From Macrostomum lignano (lineage: Eukaryota), in NCBI GenBank assembly GCA_002269645.1, contig NIVC01003400.1, positions 35,702-99,701 of the forward strand: DNA of 64,000 bases, written 5' to 3'. Position numbers and translations under genes: made by a program. Within the stretch, counting starts at the first letter, position 1, and every line of letters starts with the position of its first letter. Positions 10,083 to 22,460 of the stretch are shown here, piece by piece. Below the pieces are notes generated by a model. That model made no database searches, was not told the DNA's origin, and saw nothing but the letters and a program-made list of their open reading frames with translations.

Positions 10083-12727
10083 AGAACAGGCACTGAAAGG
10101 GAAGACAAATAATTGAAAATCTTGGTATTAATTTGCCGATTGCTAGTGCTGCATCCGATTCAAACCTCATGAAATTCTTGACTTAGTAGTTTGAGACGCA
10201 TTATTCCATCAGCGCTAATCCAGGAGAGATCATCAATCAATAGGATAACGTTAAAAATCTTTACAGAGCTTTGCACGAAAATGAAACGACTAAATTTTTG
10301 AACTAATCCTATATAAGTTAACACCAATTGATACCTCTAAATGGAATCAAGAGGGGAGTTAATTAAAAGTGTTACTCCTGCTCTTTCTGGTCTGAAATTC
10401 TATATAGTAAATGCTTTAGTCATTCATTTGCGTGCGGTTTTATTTTCTAATTGATCCTTTAAATCCGATTGTCTATGCAATGGTTTTAGTTTACATAAAT
10501 TATTATCTTGTGTCGCATTAAACTTCCATTAATTATAATTCATAAAATGTTCGCAGTTTATTTGACTAGTTATTACAATATTTCACGCATAATATTTCAG
10601 AATCATTTAAAGTTTTCTTACTTATTCGTCTTGCACAAATTTCGTCAAACTTCACAATTGTTAGTTACAGCAATGATATCAATGATATGGTATTTATTTC
10701 ACACTTGAAAGTAGCGACATCCTAAATACTAGCTCGGATATACCAATCTACAATGTAAAAGCCCTCTCTCAAAGCAAACATGTACTTTGGTATGAGGTGG
10801 CCGTCCAAGAATGCTCTTGAGATGGTTGAAAAATATCGATCAAAACTTTGCAGTACGACATTGAACTCGGCTAAAGAGCTATATCGATGTAAAATAAAAT
10901 CTCATCTGCTGAGTGAGTTTTGTGTCTAATTGGCTCCCTCTTGGCAGAGCCTTTTGCGTCTCTAGCTCTTCAATAGCAAAAGTGTGTGACAAATATGATA
11001 ACACGTCGTTCGCTTAACGTCCAAAATTCTTACGATATGTCACAAGTTCAACTCTGTCGAGCCACAATGACGTACAAGGTTTCTTTTTCTTTTGGTTTTG
11101 TTGTGTATTGATGATTTGTCATTGTCCTTTGCCGTCTTTTTTGCAAAGTAATCCAATGGCTGTCGAAAGACTTTAGAATCTCACCGAGGACAAAGTTAAC
11201 GCGCTCGATTAACGGGCTCAATTCAAGCTTCATTTGTTCTCATTTTCAGCACCTGGTAATTATCTTACGTTCGAAGAAGAAAGAGGTGAAGACCGTCATT
11301 ATACATTTAGATAAGTGTTGAATATAGTAACATAATAGCATGGCATATCAGTTTCTGTCAATGGCCGCTCAAAAAAATTAATTACACTCGCCTCGTTCAG
11401 GATACACGTAGGCATGATTTTATTCGTACATGATTGTAACAAATATACAACATGCGCCAGCATGTCAGTCGATGTTGATCGCAATTCTTATGCTTTCTTT
11501 CAAACCGATTCAAGGACCACTGAAGTTACGGTAAAGTCGTACTTCATAGTTAATATCATGAAGAAGTAAACTTCGGTTGTCCATGACAATTTAGTTGTCT
11601 ATGGTTAGGTTGTGCACTAGCCATGCGTTTGTTCACTTCGACAATTTACTTGTATTTTGAGCTTGGTAATAAAGAACGTCGGCATCCCGAGGAGCCCGTA
11701 GTAAATCGTTTTAGCGTTTCTAGTTCAATCAAACCTTGAGCTAGGCTTTTCCCCGCCCAGCATTTAAAGGGTTAAATCGATTATTTTTATGGCAAAACTA
11801 TAAAGTTTTTTCGAAAGTCTCGATTTTCCGGTACTAGTTAAAAGCCAATTAGCAGCTTTTAACAAAAAAACAACCTGGCAAATCCAATTTGCTTGAAGAT
11901 TAAGATTTTGAATGCATTTTGGATAATTTTTTAAATTTAGTTAGATACTGCAATAACCATATTCAAAATAAAAGATAAGAAATATTTTCACTTGTATCGC
12001 AACTTTCAGGATTCTTTGAAAACTTCCGTCTGAATTGGGACACTAGAAGCGGTCGGTCATCAAACGAACCCACAAATTCTAAACAAGCATCGAATATTAT
12101 ATTATGCTACGAATTTTTTATTTGAAGATAAGTAAAGGCAACTCAAAAACTCAATTTTTGTGCATTTCAAGTTTTGCATGTCTCGTTTACCCGCGGCCTA
12201 ACCCTAATTCCATCTGAATGACCGAATCTGATGAATGAATCTCCCTTTCATGGTCATAAGTAAAATGACACTTTACTTTTGAAAATTGGTCGAGTAATGA
12301 ATGAAAAGGTTACAAAACTTCACAATAAATTTGCCAATTTGGTAGTATGATAATTTTGGCATAAAGTTAGGCCTAGTTTCTTATCAATATTGGTAGGCTA
12401 GTCCTTTACTTTTGTTCATTCAATTATTTTCTTTAAAGATTTGTAATTTATGTTTAGGCTAGTTTAATGATGAATGCTATAACATATTTATAGAAATACC
12501 TATAAGTTTTAACATATAAATTGGCAACTGTCAACTAGTGAAACTGGTAAATGGGTAGTCCTATAGATAAAATAGCAACAATAAATAGTGGTTTTAGGTG
12601 CTGGTAAGAGGCCAGCCATGGCATAGTTTTGTTAGTGCACCATGTCCCATGATAATTGAGTTGCTTGAGTTGAGTCTACTGCATCTGCCTGCAATGATTG
12701 ACCACTAAGTTTACCTATCCTACTAAA

Positions 12728-12907
12728 CATGCTTGGGCGCAACCTATGGATTTACCTGGCCATTTCTATTGGCAACACACACATGTAAGTCACTATTGGA
12801 TGGAATAGTAGTCACGTGACTGCTCTAGTGCTCTTGGCCAATAGCAACTTACATATGTATATTGCCAATAGAAATGGCCAAGTGATTCCCAAGGTTGCGC
12901 ATAAGTG
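12728..12907. mobile_element. hAT-like MITE/foldback, 180 bp
   Basis: CA...TG ends, 8-bp TSD ctactaaa (12720-12727 and 12908-12915), long imperfect arms including a perfect 19-bp pair tggccatttctattggcaa/ttgccaatagaaatggcca, central palindrome gtcacgtgac. Confidence 0.7.
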
Positions 12908-13633
12908 CTACTAAATAATTAGACTTTGTATATTTTTGTGCTATAGTCTAGACAAATATTTTAAGCTAGGCCTATATCATTCTATGTTGATTTGATTAGT
13001 AAATTTCTAAAAAAATAAAAAATAAAAAAGTTAAGATTGAAAATATAATATAAAATAATTATTGTCTCTAAATTAAGGTATACTTAATATGGCTCCTAGA
13101 CACTTTGTCATCTAACCACTTCGTCATCTTGATGACAAAGTGACCATGGTTTTTGGACGCTTCGTCATATCAAAAAATTGTTAGTAAATCTAGATGACAA
13201 AGTGACCAAATTTTGAAGACACTTCATCATCCCAAGATTTAATAAGGCTGTAAATTGTTATTCGATCGTTATTGTTATAAGTTGTTACTCAATTAATTTA
13301 GTCTGTAAAATATAGGATTGAATACACAACTTAGAGATTCAACTTGTTGCTATAATTGGCATCTAATGTACATAATGTATACACAGTTTGCATACATACA
13401 CTTTAATGTATGAGTACGTACATATAGATACTAGTGCTCATTGTAATTATTGATTATTGATTCATTGTTCAAACTTACCAAGCTCTAATAATTATTTTTG
13501 ATTCCTTGCTAAAGCCTAAAATTAATTGGCATTATCACTTCTATAATCCAGGGGAGGCAACAAAGTATGTGGCCATGGATTTCTCCTTGCTCCACCTGCA
13601 GGGACTTAACCAACCTTTGAATCACAACCCCAT

Positions 13634-14878
13634 CCCTATTGGAATAAGTGGTATTTTCGCGGACGGCGTCCGGCGCACTTTTTCTTTTTCCTCATAGTCA
13701 TGGCGCATGGCGCGCTACGCGCGCCATGCGCCATGACGCACAGCAGCTCACAGGTAAGATGCAAGGAGGACATCACGCGCTACATACAGCGCTGCTGAAC
13801 AAGGATGAGAAGCATGCACAGGAGAAAGTCAGCAGCACGGTGGAAATTCAGCAAACTGTAAGTAAAACTTGTTTTTCTAATTTCTATAACTTTGATAATA
13901 TTGCTATGGGCTATAGTATAGCATATCTCCTATCATATGTATTGATTGCTGTGTCATCTAGAATATGCATGCAAGTTAATCGTAAAATTGGAAATTGTAG
14001 TTGAAAGATCGCAGCAGAAATGTTCTTTATTGCCTCATAAACATTATAACATAGTGCCAAATGCTAATTGCTCTTAATGTTCTCTTATAACGCAGTTGCA
14101 AGAAATAAAAAAGTAAACTAAATTCTATTAAAAGTCTCAACAAATTTTCTGCTTTGTTTAATTATCTTTTTGATTGGTTGCGCGTACATTTATTTATGCT
14201 GACATTTAAATGTGAAAATATTCTTCGAAACACCATGCTAAATAGTTATCAGATTTGATAACCCGACCCGAGCCAAAGTGCTACAACTACTACTGAAAAA
14301 GTGTGTGGATAAGGCAAAGACAATTTTGTTTGTTCGTGAACTCTGTGTTGTTCATCACGGAGTTTCTTCATTTTGTATTAACCGATTAGCCAAATTGAAG
14401 TAAAGGGTTTCAGTGTTCGTAATCATTTTAAGTACTCACTGATGCAATTGCCACACTATTTACATTATTTATTTTTCTTTGAATAGACCAACAATGTAAC
14501 TTTGTAAGTCAAAAGACGAGTAGACTAAGAATTAAGAAATAGATACAACTACAACAGAAGGGGGCAGAAGTACAGTACAGAACAGAGTGCAGTAAAACAC
14601 AAGTGCGGTAAAACACACAACTTTCTCTCAATCTCTTTAAATCTCTCAAAAACGAGTGATGCATCATCAGAATGAACATGATAGAGACTGGAGTCATGCA
14701 CAATATCACCTAAACCTAGAGTGCTATGGCACCCTAGGATTTGAAGATTTGAATGACACATCGTCCATACCACCTTAGGATTTGAAGATTGTCATGACGC
14801 ACCGTCCAGGCCACTTTATGATTGCCATGGCGCACTAGATGCACTGTCCACAGTGTCTGAAAACTTATTCCAATAGGG
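13634..14878. mobile_element. Nested non-autonomous DNA transposon, 1245 bp
   Basis: Perfect 16-bp TIR ccctattggaataagt (13634-13649) / acttattccaataggg (14863-14878). 8-bp TSD aaccccat (13626-13633 and 14879-14886). catg(g/a)cgca subterminal motifs. Confidence 0.85.
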
Positions 14879-15419
14879 AACCCCATGCAATCTGAGCTAG
14901 AGTGATGTTTCATAATGGATTTCTCCTTGCTCTACCTGCAGGGACTTAACCAACCCTTCACATGCATAAGTCTAAGCTAGAGTGTTTTCACCCCCTAAAT
15001 AAATGTGCTGAGCTGTACATGCATTTGTGTCTATGAGTGCAACATGCCAATTCTCCAACCAACTAACCACTTGGCGGATCCAAGAGGGGTGCAGGTGCAG
15101 AGATGGTCACTTTACCCCTCAAAACTGAAGTGGCCAGCGTACTCCCACTCAGAATTTTATTACAAATATGATGCATGAAATCACACATGAGAAGCAAGTA
15201 CATGTAAGAAACAGCTAGTTTATAAGTGAAAATGGCAGACATCTGCATTTTTGCCAAGAGCCAGTTAGCACAAAACAGCAAGCGCTTCAATATGATGTTT
15301 GTCAGCAATGGCAGCACCATCGTCTGTTGTGGCACAGGAATTTCTAAGGAAGAATATTGAGAGCTGTCAAGCCAAGGGGTCAAGCCAAGGGAACTTTCCA
15401 TGGAGCTGCACATGTTGTC

Positions 15420-15655
15420 GAGGTGAGCTGCCAGCCATCTAGCCACTAGCCGCCCAGCTGCAGGTAGAGCTGCCAGCCATCCAGCCGCAGGTAGAGCCGC
15501 CAGCTGTCCAGCCGCCAGCTGCCCAGCCGCAGGTATAGAGCCGCCAGCCACCCAGCTGCAGGTATAGAGCTGCCAGCCGTCCAGCCGCAGGTAGAGCCAC
15601 CAGCCGTCTAGCCGCCAGCCATCCAGCAGCAGTAAAGCCACCAGCCGTCCAGCCA
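15420..15655. repeat. Degenerate GC-rich short-period repeat (gccagccgc/aggtagag) inside the 3.2-kb element
   Basis: Recurrent gccagcc, gccgcag and gtagagc motifs. Confidence 0.7.
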
Positions 15656-16329
15656 ATTCAGTTAATTTTCAGTTAACTTTAACCAATTCACCGGGCCATG
15701 CTCGGCTTTGCCACTGGGTGAAAGCAGATTAAAAAGATTTTAACTGTCTTCTTTCCAGACAATTTTGAATCTTTTGGCAAAAACACGATCAAAATCGGTG
15801 AAGAATTGCAAGCTCTAGAGCGTTATGAACATACAAACAAACAAACAAATATTAGAGATTTAGATAGATTTAGAAGGAAAGGATCAAATTAATTCTGCAG
15901 TAATTTAAATGTATAGGTCTTAATGCTATTCTCTTTGTGCTTTGATCTTTTTGATCTTTGTGCTTACATATAGCTACAAATTACAGTATTTAACGACTAT
16001 CTTTGTGGGTTGTGACTCCGCTATTGTCTGGTCCCAAGCCCAGAATGTGAAAGGAGGAGGGCGACTATATGTAGATACATATATATGTATAATGTTTAAT
16101 CTTAATCTTTATATAGTTATATAGTTATATAATTGCATGTACGAGTATATATGTTACATATAGCAAAGTTTTTCATACAAAAAGTGGATGACGAAGGGTC
16201 CAGGGAGTAGATGACGAAGTGTCCATATTAGTAATGTGGATGACAAAGTGGTAAGATGACGAAGTGTCCAACAATAAGAGTGGATGACGAAGTAATAAGA
16301 TGACGAAGTGTCCAGTAACCCTTAATATT

Positions 16330-17800
16330 AGCTTTATATCTTCAACAATATAATATTAATTATTACTGCTTTTGAGTTGACTTTGATAATAGACTTAAAA
16401 ACCTATTAATTGACCTTTTTTGTTATAAATTAGATCTTAGGCTAATTTATTATAGGACTTGTCTTTTGTCTATCCAAAACAACATGTACAGAAAAACCTT
16501 AGTGTATAGCATTCATTTTTATATTTTGTCCTAAATTCTTTGCTGCTAATGGAGTAACCTATCTAAATCTTATAGATTCTTCTAATCTTCTATTTAAAGT
16601 CTTAATATTTTCTTAATGAAATTTGGCTCGTAGGTACCTTTACTACTTCTTTGTTACTTATAGAAATTGATAAAATATTTTTTGTTAATGACAAAAGGGA
16701 AACTATTCTAGATAAAAATAGAATAAACAGAACAATATAAGTCTCTTTTATGACAATTGTTAAAATTGGAATTGCCTTGAATGTTTTCATATCTCATTTT
16801 CTTAAAAATATTTAATGCTTAGTAACTAGTTGCATGACAATGACAATTTCTTAGTAACTAGTACTAAGTTAGTGTCAAACAAATAAGTAAAAAATTGTAT
16901 TCAATGGCTTGTCTCAAACCCTAAACCAATCTAGATTTGGAGTTCTTAAATCTTAAATCTTGAGTTCTTATCCTCTATGGTCTAAACTTTTATTGACCAT
17001 CACATAGTCTTAATGCATAGTAGTCTAGATAAAATCCTAAGTTGTATTAATCTTATAGAGCCTACAATCTTTGAACTTGCTCATTAGATATTTTACTATA
17101 AAGCTTAGAGATTGAATAACTGGAACATATTATTTAGTCTATCAAGCAAGCTGTCATGGTAAACCCTAGCCAAAAGGACTTCCTTGCTACAAATGACCAG
17201 CACTATAAAATCAATACATAAACTGAAATTGAACCAGCCATGTTTAGAATGTCATTGAAATATGCTAAGGAATAGATAATTAAAATCCTATCTATGATGG
17301 CAACTTGAAATCTTCTAGGCTCATAGAGCTGATATTATCTTTGCCTTCAAATGTCTTTGACATGGCTTCCAAGTATTGAACTTCCTTTTCTAGGTGATTG
17401 GAAGCAGTTATTATAGAAGTGGATTGTCAAATAGTAGCTGGATTTGAGGATAGGTAAAAAGTGCATTAGCAAATATAGTTGGGAATGTATCTTTCTACTT
17501 GTACCTTTCTACTTGTTGGCTCCTTTGTGGTGAAGTTCTTCAAGCTATTGAAGTTTTCCTTGATAGTCATTAGATAAAACTTGCAAAGAGAGTAGCATAC
17601 TTAAGACCTTGAGTGCTTGAAAAAAACAAAGTATTTTCATGCCTTAAAAAATGGATTGGATTTTATTTACAAAGCTTTAAGAGCCTCATCTTTTTGAAAA
17701 GAATGAAATATCACCTTTGTCTTAGCTAAGCTTGTTATAGAAGATTTCATATAGCCAATTGTTTAATAATTGTAACTTATACTCTTTTTAGGGATACAAA
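16330..17800 (-). pseudogene. Heavily decayed non-LTR retrotransposon RT/thumb remnant (Jockey/CR1-like?)
   Basis: AT-rich and riddled with stops. Faint LINE-like strings on minus strand (IPN.TIFANA near 17470-17490 resembling the FADD region; ASNHLEKEV; KVPTSQISLRKY). Pattern recognition only. Confidence 0.35.
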
Positions 17801-18132
17801 ATGACTGGTTAAGAGAAATTTAAATCAATTAAATAGATTGAGATTGCAAGAAAACTATATTTATAGAAAACTATATATTCCAACCAAATATATATATTTA
17901 TATTTATATATATATATAGTCAAATAAATTGTAGAAATAGGCACAGGACAACAGGATCTAAGGCACACATTCATGAATGTTTATTACTAATTATTTTTTA
18001 CCCTAGAGCAGATTAGTGGCATATGTCATTTAGGTCATATGAAATTCAGGTACTCATAAATTGCTTATAGGGCGTAGTTAAAATTGAAATTAGAATATTT
18101 TTGTAACTAGTTTTATTAAGAAGCAATTTCAA

Positions 18133-21100
18133 ATGTTGCAACTGCAGCAGGGAATCTGTGACTCGCCATTATCAATGGAGTCTCTAATTAAAAGTGGCTC
18201 ATTGTCATCCAATGATAAGGAGTTTTTACAGCAGTTTTCTAATGATGCAAATATGAATGCAGTAGTGAAATTGTGCGACATTCTTGAAGGCTATCTGGCT
18301 AGACGAGTGGCTCCTGTCACGCCGAGCGCACTAGAGGATGTTGTCGAGGTGATTAATGCCATTTTTTCTATTTGTATCGTGTGTTTCTTGATAAAGTAGA
18401 CATTTTTATAAACATAGATTATTAACTCAATGGCATTATCAGATTAGCTCATGTTTGCTAATCATGTCTATCACTCAGGTATCTGTTCCCTTAATTAGGC
18501 TATCGCCCAGGTATCTGCTCCCTAATTAGAGGCTATCGTCCAGGTGTCTTCCATAATAAGCTTTCGCCCAGGTGTCTGCTCCCTAATAGGCTTTCGCACA
18601 GGTGTCTGTTCCCTAATAGGCTTTCGCCCAGGTGTCTGCTCCCTAATAGGCTTTCGCACAGGTGTCTGTTCCCTAATAGGCTTTCGCCCAGGTGTCTGCT
18701 CCCTAATAGGCTTTCGCACAGGTGTCTGTTCCCTAATAGGCTTTCGCCCAGGTGTCTGCTCCCTAATAGGCTTTCGCCCAGGTGTCTGCTCCCTAATACT
18801 GTTAGAGTCTTCCGCACAGGTGTCTGTTCTCTAATAGGCTTTTGCACAGGTTTCTAGCTTAGTAATTTTCACTAAGCTATTCGCAACTAGACAAAAGCAA
18901 CCCCTCCGCCAGAAATAAAATAATTTGATATTCATATTGCCTTGTGCATTGCCCAAATCGCAGGCCTACGACTATTTGCGCTGCCATCCGCACGCCGAAG
19001 GCTGTCACGAATTGGTACATCTATTGCGCAAGCCGCATATGAAAGCCTTGATCCAGTGTCACGATGACCTAGCTAATCGTACCTACGGCCCTAGACTATC
19101 GCCTGTGCCTCACGAGGTCGATGAAGACGATGTTAGCGTGAAAATTGTCGAGTTGGTGAAGCAGGACGAGCCGCTAGGCGCCACTATTAAGATTAATGAG
19201 CGAACCGGGGCCATCCTCATTGCCCGGGTGATGCACGGAGGACTGGCTGATCGCAGCGACCTGCTGCAGGCCGGGGACGAAGTTCAAGCTGTCAATCAGG
19301 TTTGACTGATCGGCTTGTATCTTGGGGTCTGTCTGTACACGAGTCTAGCTAGCGAGCAGATCAGTGAGGCATCTAGCTAGCGGGCAGATCAGTCTGGAAT
19401 CTAGCTAGCGGGCAGATCAGTGAGGCATCTAGCTAGCGGGCAGATCAGTCTGGAATCTAGCTAGCGGGCAGATCAGTGAGGCATCTAGCTAGCGGGCAGA
19501 TCAGTGAGGCATCTAGCTAGCGGGCAGATCAGTCTGGAATCTAGCTAGCGGGCAGATCAGTGAGGCATCTAGCTAGCGTGCAGATCAGTGAGGCATCTAG
19601 CTAGCGGGCAGATCAGTGAGGCATCTAGCTAGCGGGCAGATCAGTGAGGCATCTAGCTAGCGGGCAGATCAGTGAGGCATCTAGCTAGCGGGCAGATCAG
19701 TGAGGCATCTAGCTAGCGTGCAGATCAGTGAGGCATCTAGCTAGCGTGCAGATCAGTGAGGCATCTAGCTAGCGGGCAGATCAGTGGGGCATCTAGCTAG
19801 CGGGCAGATCAGTGAGGCATCTAGCTAGCGTGCAGATCAGTGAGGCATCTAGCTAGCGTGCAGATCAGTGAGGCATCTAGCTAGCGGAGATCAGTGAGGC
19901 ATCTAGCTAGGGTGCAGATCAGTGAGGCATCTAGCTAGCGGGCAGATCAGTGAGGCATCTAGCTAGCGTGCAGATCAGTGAGGCATCTAGCTAGCGGGCA
20001 GATCAGTGAGGCATCTAGCTAGCGGGCAGATCAGTGGTGGCCAAGTGTATTAAAATGTTTTTGTAATGAAAGGCTAATGCATTTGAAATTGGCATTTACT
20101 CATTCGCAGGTGCTAGTGGCCGGCCAGGACCCCATGACGGCTATTCGAATGCTGACCACCGCCCGTGGCAACGTCCGACTCTCCGTACTGCCGTCTGAGC
20201 GCAGATCCTCGTCAACAGCTGGAGGCGTTGGGAGCGTCAGCAGCGGCGGACAGCAACAAGTCGGTGTCAGTCCGGCCACCGTGCGAGTGCTATTCAACTA
20301 CAACCCAGCGGATGACGGGCTCATACCGTGCCAAGAGGCTGGACTCTGCCTGCGGCTAGGCGACATCTTGCAGCTGGTTAATCGCGAGGACGGCGATTGG
20401 TGGCAGGCGGTCAAGGAGGGCGACGCCAGGCGGCGAGCCGGTCTGGTGCCCAGCACGGATCTGCTGCTTCGGCGGTATCAAAAGCAGCAGCAGCTTCAAC
20501 AACAGCAGCAGCAGCAGGGCCGAAGATCGAGTGTAAAGTCCACGGCGTCCTCGGCCACTTCGTCGCCTTCATCTCCGGCAACGGCGCATCGAGGTTAGTG
20601 GAAGTGTGGCGAAGCTTGATTTCATTTTGTTAGGTGAAGATTTTTATAGCGCTTCTCAACTTCATGTATTTGTGTACAGCGGCCATGTGTAAGTGTATGT
20701 GTACACAAAGCCAAATAGAGATTTATGTGGGGCGAAACTCCCATGCACCCAGCGCCAACTAGGGATTATAGGGCGCCAAAATCCCATGCACCCAACGCCA
20801 ACTAGGGATTATAGGGTGCCAAAATCCCATGCACACAGCGCCAACTAGGGATTATAGGGCGCCAAAATCCCATGCACCCAGCGCCAACTAGGGATTATGT
20901 GGCGCCAAAATCCCATGCACCCAGCGCCAACTAGGGATTATAGGGCGCCAAAATCCCATGCACCCAGCGCCAACTAGGGATTATAGGGCGCCAAAATCCC
21001 ATGCACCCGGCGCCAACTAGGGATTATGTGGCGCCAAAATCCCATGCAACCAGCGCCAACTAGGGATTATGTGGCGCCAAAATCCCATGCACTCATCGCC

Positions 21101-22076
21101 AACTAGGGATTATGTGGCGCCAAAATCCCATGCACCCATCGCCAACTAGGGATTATGTGGCGCCAAAATCCCATGCACCCAGCGCCAACTAGGGTTTATG
21201 CGGCGCCAATTGGGCAAGTGTAGCGCCGATATGACACAGTCTAATTAACGAAAACTTCGCAGTTGATACTACTAGTCACCTCGCTGTTAAGTAGCATGCT
21301 AAGCTATTTTTTACTATTTGTACTTTCTAAAAAAAGCAGACAGCTCCGGCTCCGACCAGCAGCAGCCGCCGCCGCAGTTCTTCGAAGAGCTCGGCCGATT
21401 TTATCCCGGCCAGCCGGACGGCCCAACTGGTTCGCCTGTGCCGCCCTACCGGCCGCTAGTGCTGATCGGACCGTCCGGTGTTGGTCGGCGAGAACTGGCC
21501 AGACAGCTGGTTGGCACGGATCGGGAACACTTTGCTCTGCCTGTGCTTGTCTCCACCCGATCTCAGCAGCGCCCGGAACCGTTCGTGTCTCTCACGGCTG
21601 CTCAAATCCGGGCCCTAGCCGAAGCCGGCCGCCTGGCCGAACAGTGGACAGAGGACGGCGGCAACGAGACCTGGGCTCTGCCAGTCGACTCGCTGACTAA
21701 ACTGCTCCGCGATGGCCGCGTGCCAGTCTGCGTGCCGCACGGGCCGCCGCCTCACTGCCTACTGGGCCTGCGCACTCCGTCGCTTCGAGCTTTCGTTGTC
21801 TACGTTAAGCCGCCTCCGTTGGACGTGCTCAGAGAGACCAGGGCGCCGCATCTGCTGCAGCAGCAGGAGGACAGCCTGTACGATACTGGGCGCCAGCTGA
21901 CTCTGTCCGAACTCGAGGCCATGGTCATTGAGGGCCAGCGCATGGAATCGGCCTGCGCCCACCTGATCGACTTTACCTTGGTTAATGACGATTTGCCAGT
22001 AGCGCTGGAGACTCTGTCTGAGCTGGCTTATCGATTGGAAACTGACTTCTCCTATGTGCCCAAGCACTGGCTATGA
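18133..22076 (+). CDS. MPP7: MAGUK p55-subfamily protein, MPP7-like (L27-L27-PDZ-SH3-GK). Exons ~18133/18175-18348, 18964-19299, 20110-20593, 21340-22076
   Basis: L27 ELVHLLRKPHMKALIQCHD; PDZ SVKIVELVKQDEPLGATIKINERTGAILIARVMHGGLADRS, closest in my recall to MPP7; SH3 VRVLFNYNPADD.LIPCQEAGL...WWQA..AGLVPS; GK RPLVLIGPSGVGRREL. Introns are phase-compatible. N-terminus is uncertain. Confidence 0.85.
18478..18850. repeat. 30-bp minisatellite in MAGUK intron 1
   Basis: Unit caggtgtctgctccctaataggctttcgcc, alternating variants give a 60-bp dimer. Confidence 0.93.
19345..20036. repeat. 28-bp minisatellite filling MAGUK intron 2
   Basis: Unit atctagctagcgggcagatcagtgaggc, about 24 copies. Confidence 0.95.
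20725..21210. repeat. 43-bp minisatellite in MAGUK intron 3
   Basis: Unit gcgccaaaatcccatgcacccagcgccaactagggattat(agg/gtg), about 11 copies. Confidence 0.95.
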
Positions 22077-22089
22077 GCTGGCTCTGAGG

Positions 22090-22460
22090 CAGTGAGCTGC
22101 CATCTGTTTATCTGCCCCACACTAATCCTGCAGTAAGCTGCCATCTGCTTATCTGCCCCCACACTGATCCTACAGTGAGCTGCCATCTGCTTATCTGCCC
22201 CACACTGATCCTGCAGTGAGCTGCCATCTGCTTATCTGCCCCACACTGATCCTGCATTGAGCTGCCATCTGCTTATCTGCCCCACACTGATCCTGCAGTG
22301 AGCTGCCATCTGCTTATCTGCCTTACACTGATCCTGCAGTGAGCTGCCATCTGCTTATCTGCCCCCACACTGATCCTGCAGTGAGCTGCCATCTGCTTAT
22401 CTGCCTTACACTGATCCTGCAGTGAGCTGCCGTGTGCTTATCTGCCCCCACACTAGTCCT
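22090..22460. repeat. 41-42-bp minisatellite directly after the MAGUK stop codon
   Basis: Unit cagtgagctgccatctgcttatctgccccacactgatcctg, about 9 copies. Confidence 0.93.

Larger units (their letters stand above)
13091..16320. mobile_element. Non-autonomous DNA transposon, 3.2 kb, GG...CC termini, 8-bp TSD (Merlin- or MULE-like; superfamily uncertain)
   Basis: TSD cttaatat at 13083-13090 and 16321-16328. Imperfect TIR ggctcctagacactttgtcatc.. vs ggttactggacacttcgtcatc.. (31/39 matches). Subterminal gatgac(g/a)aagtg repeats at both ends. Confidence 0.78.

Noticed and set aside
11766-11776. aaagggttaa piggyBac-like terminus (also ~30357)
   Set aside because: No matching opposite end with a TTAA duplication was found in the window.
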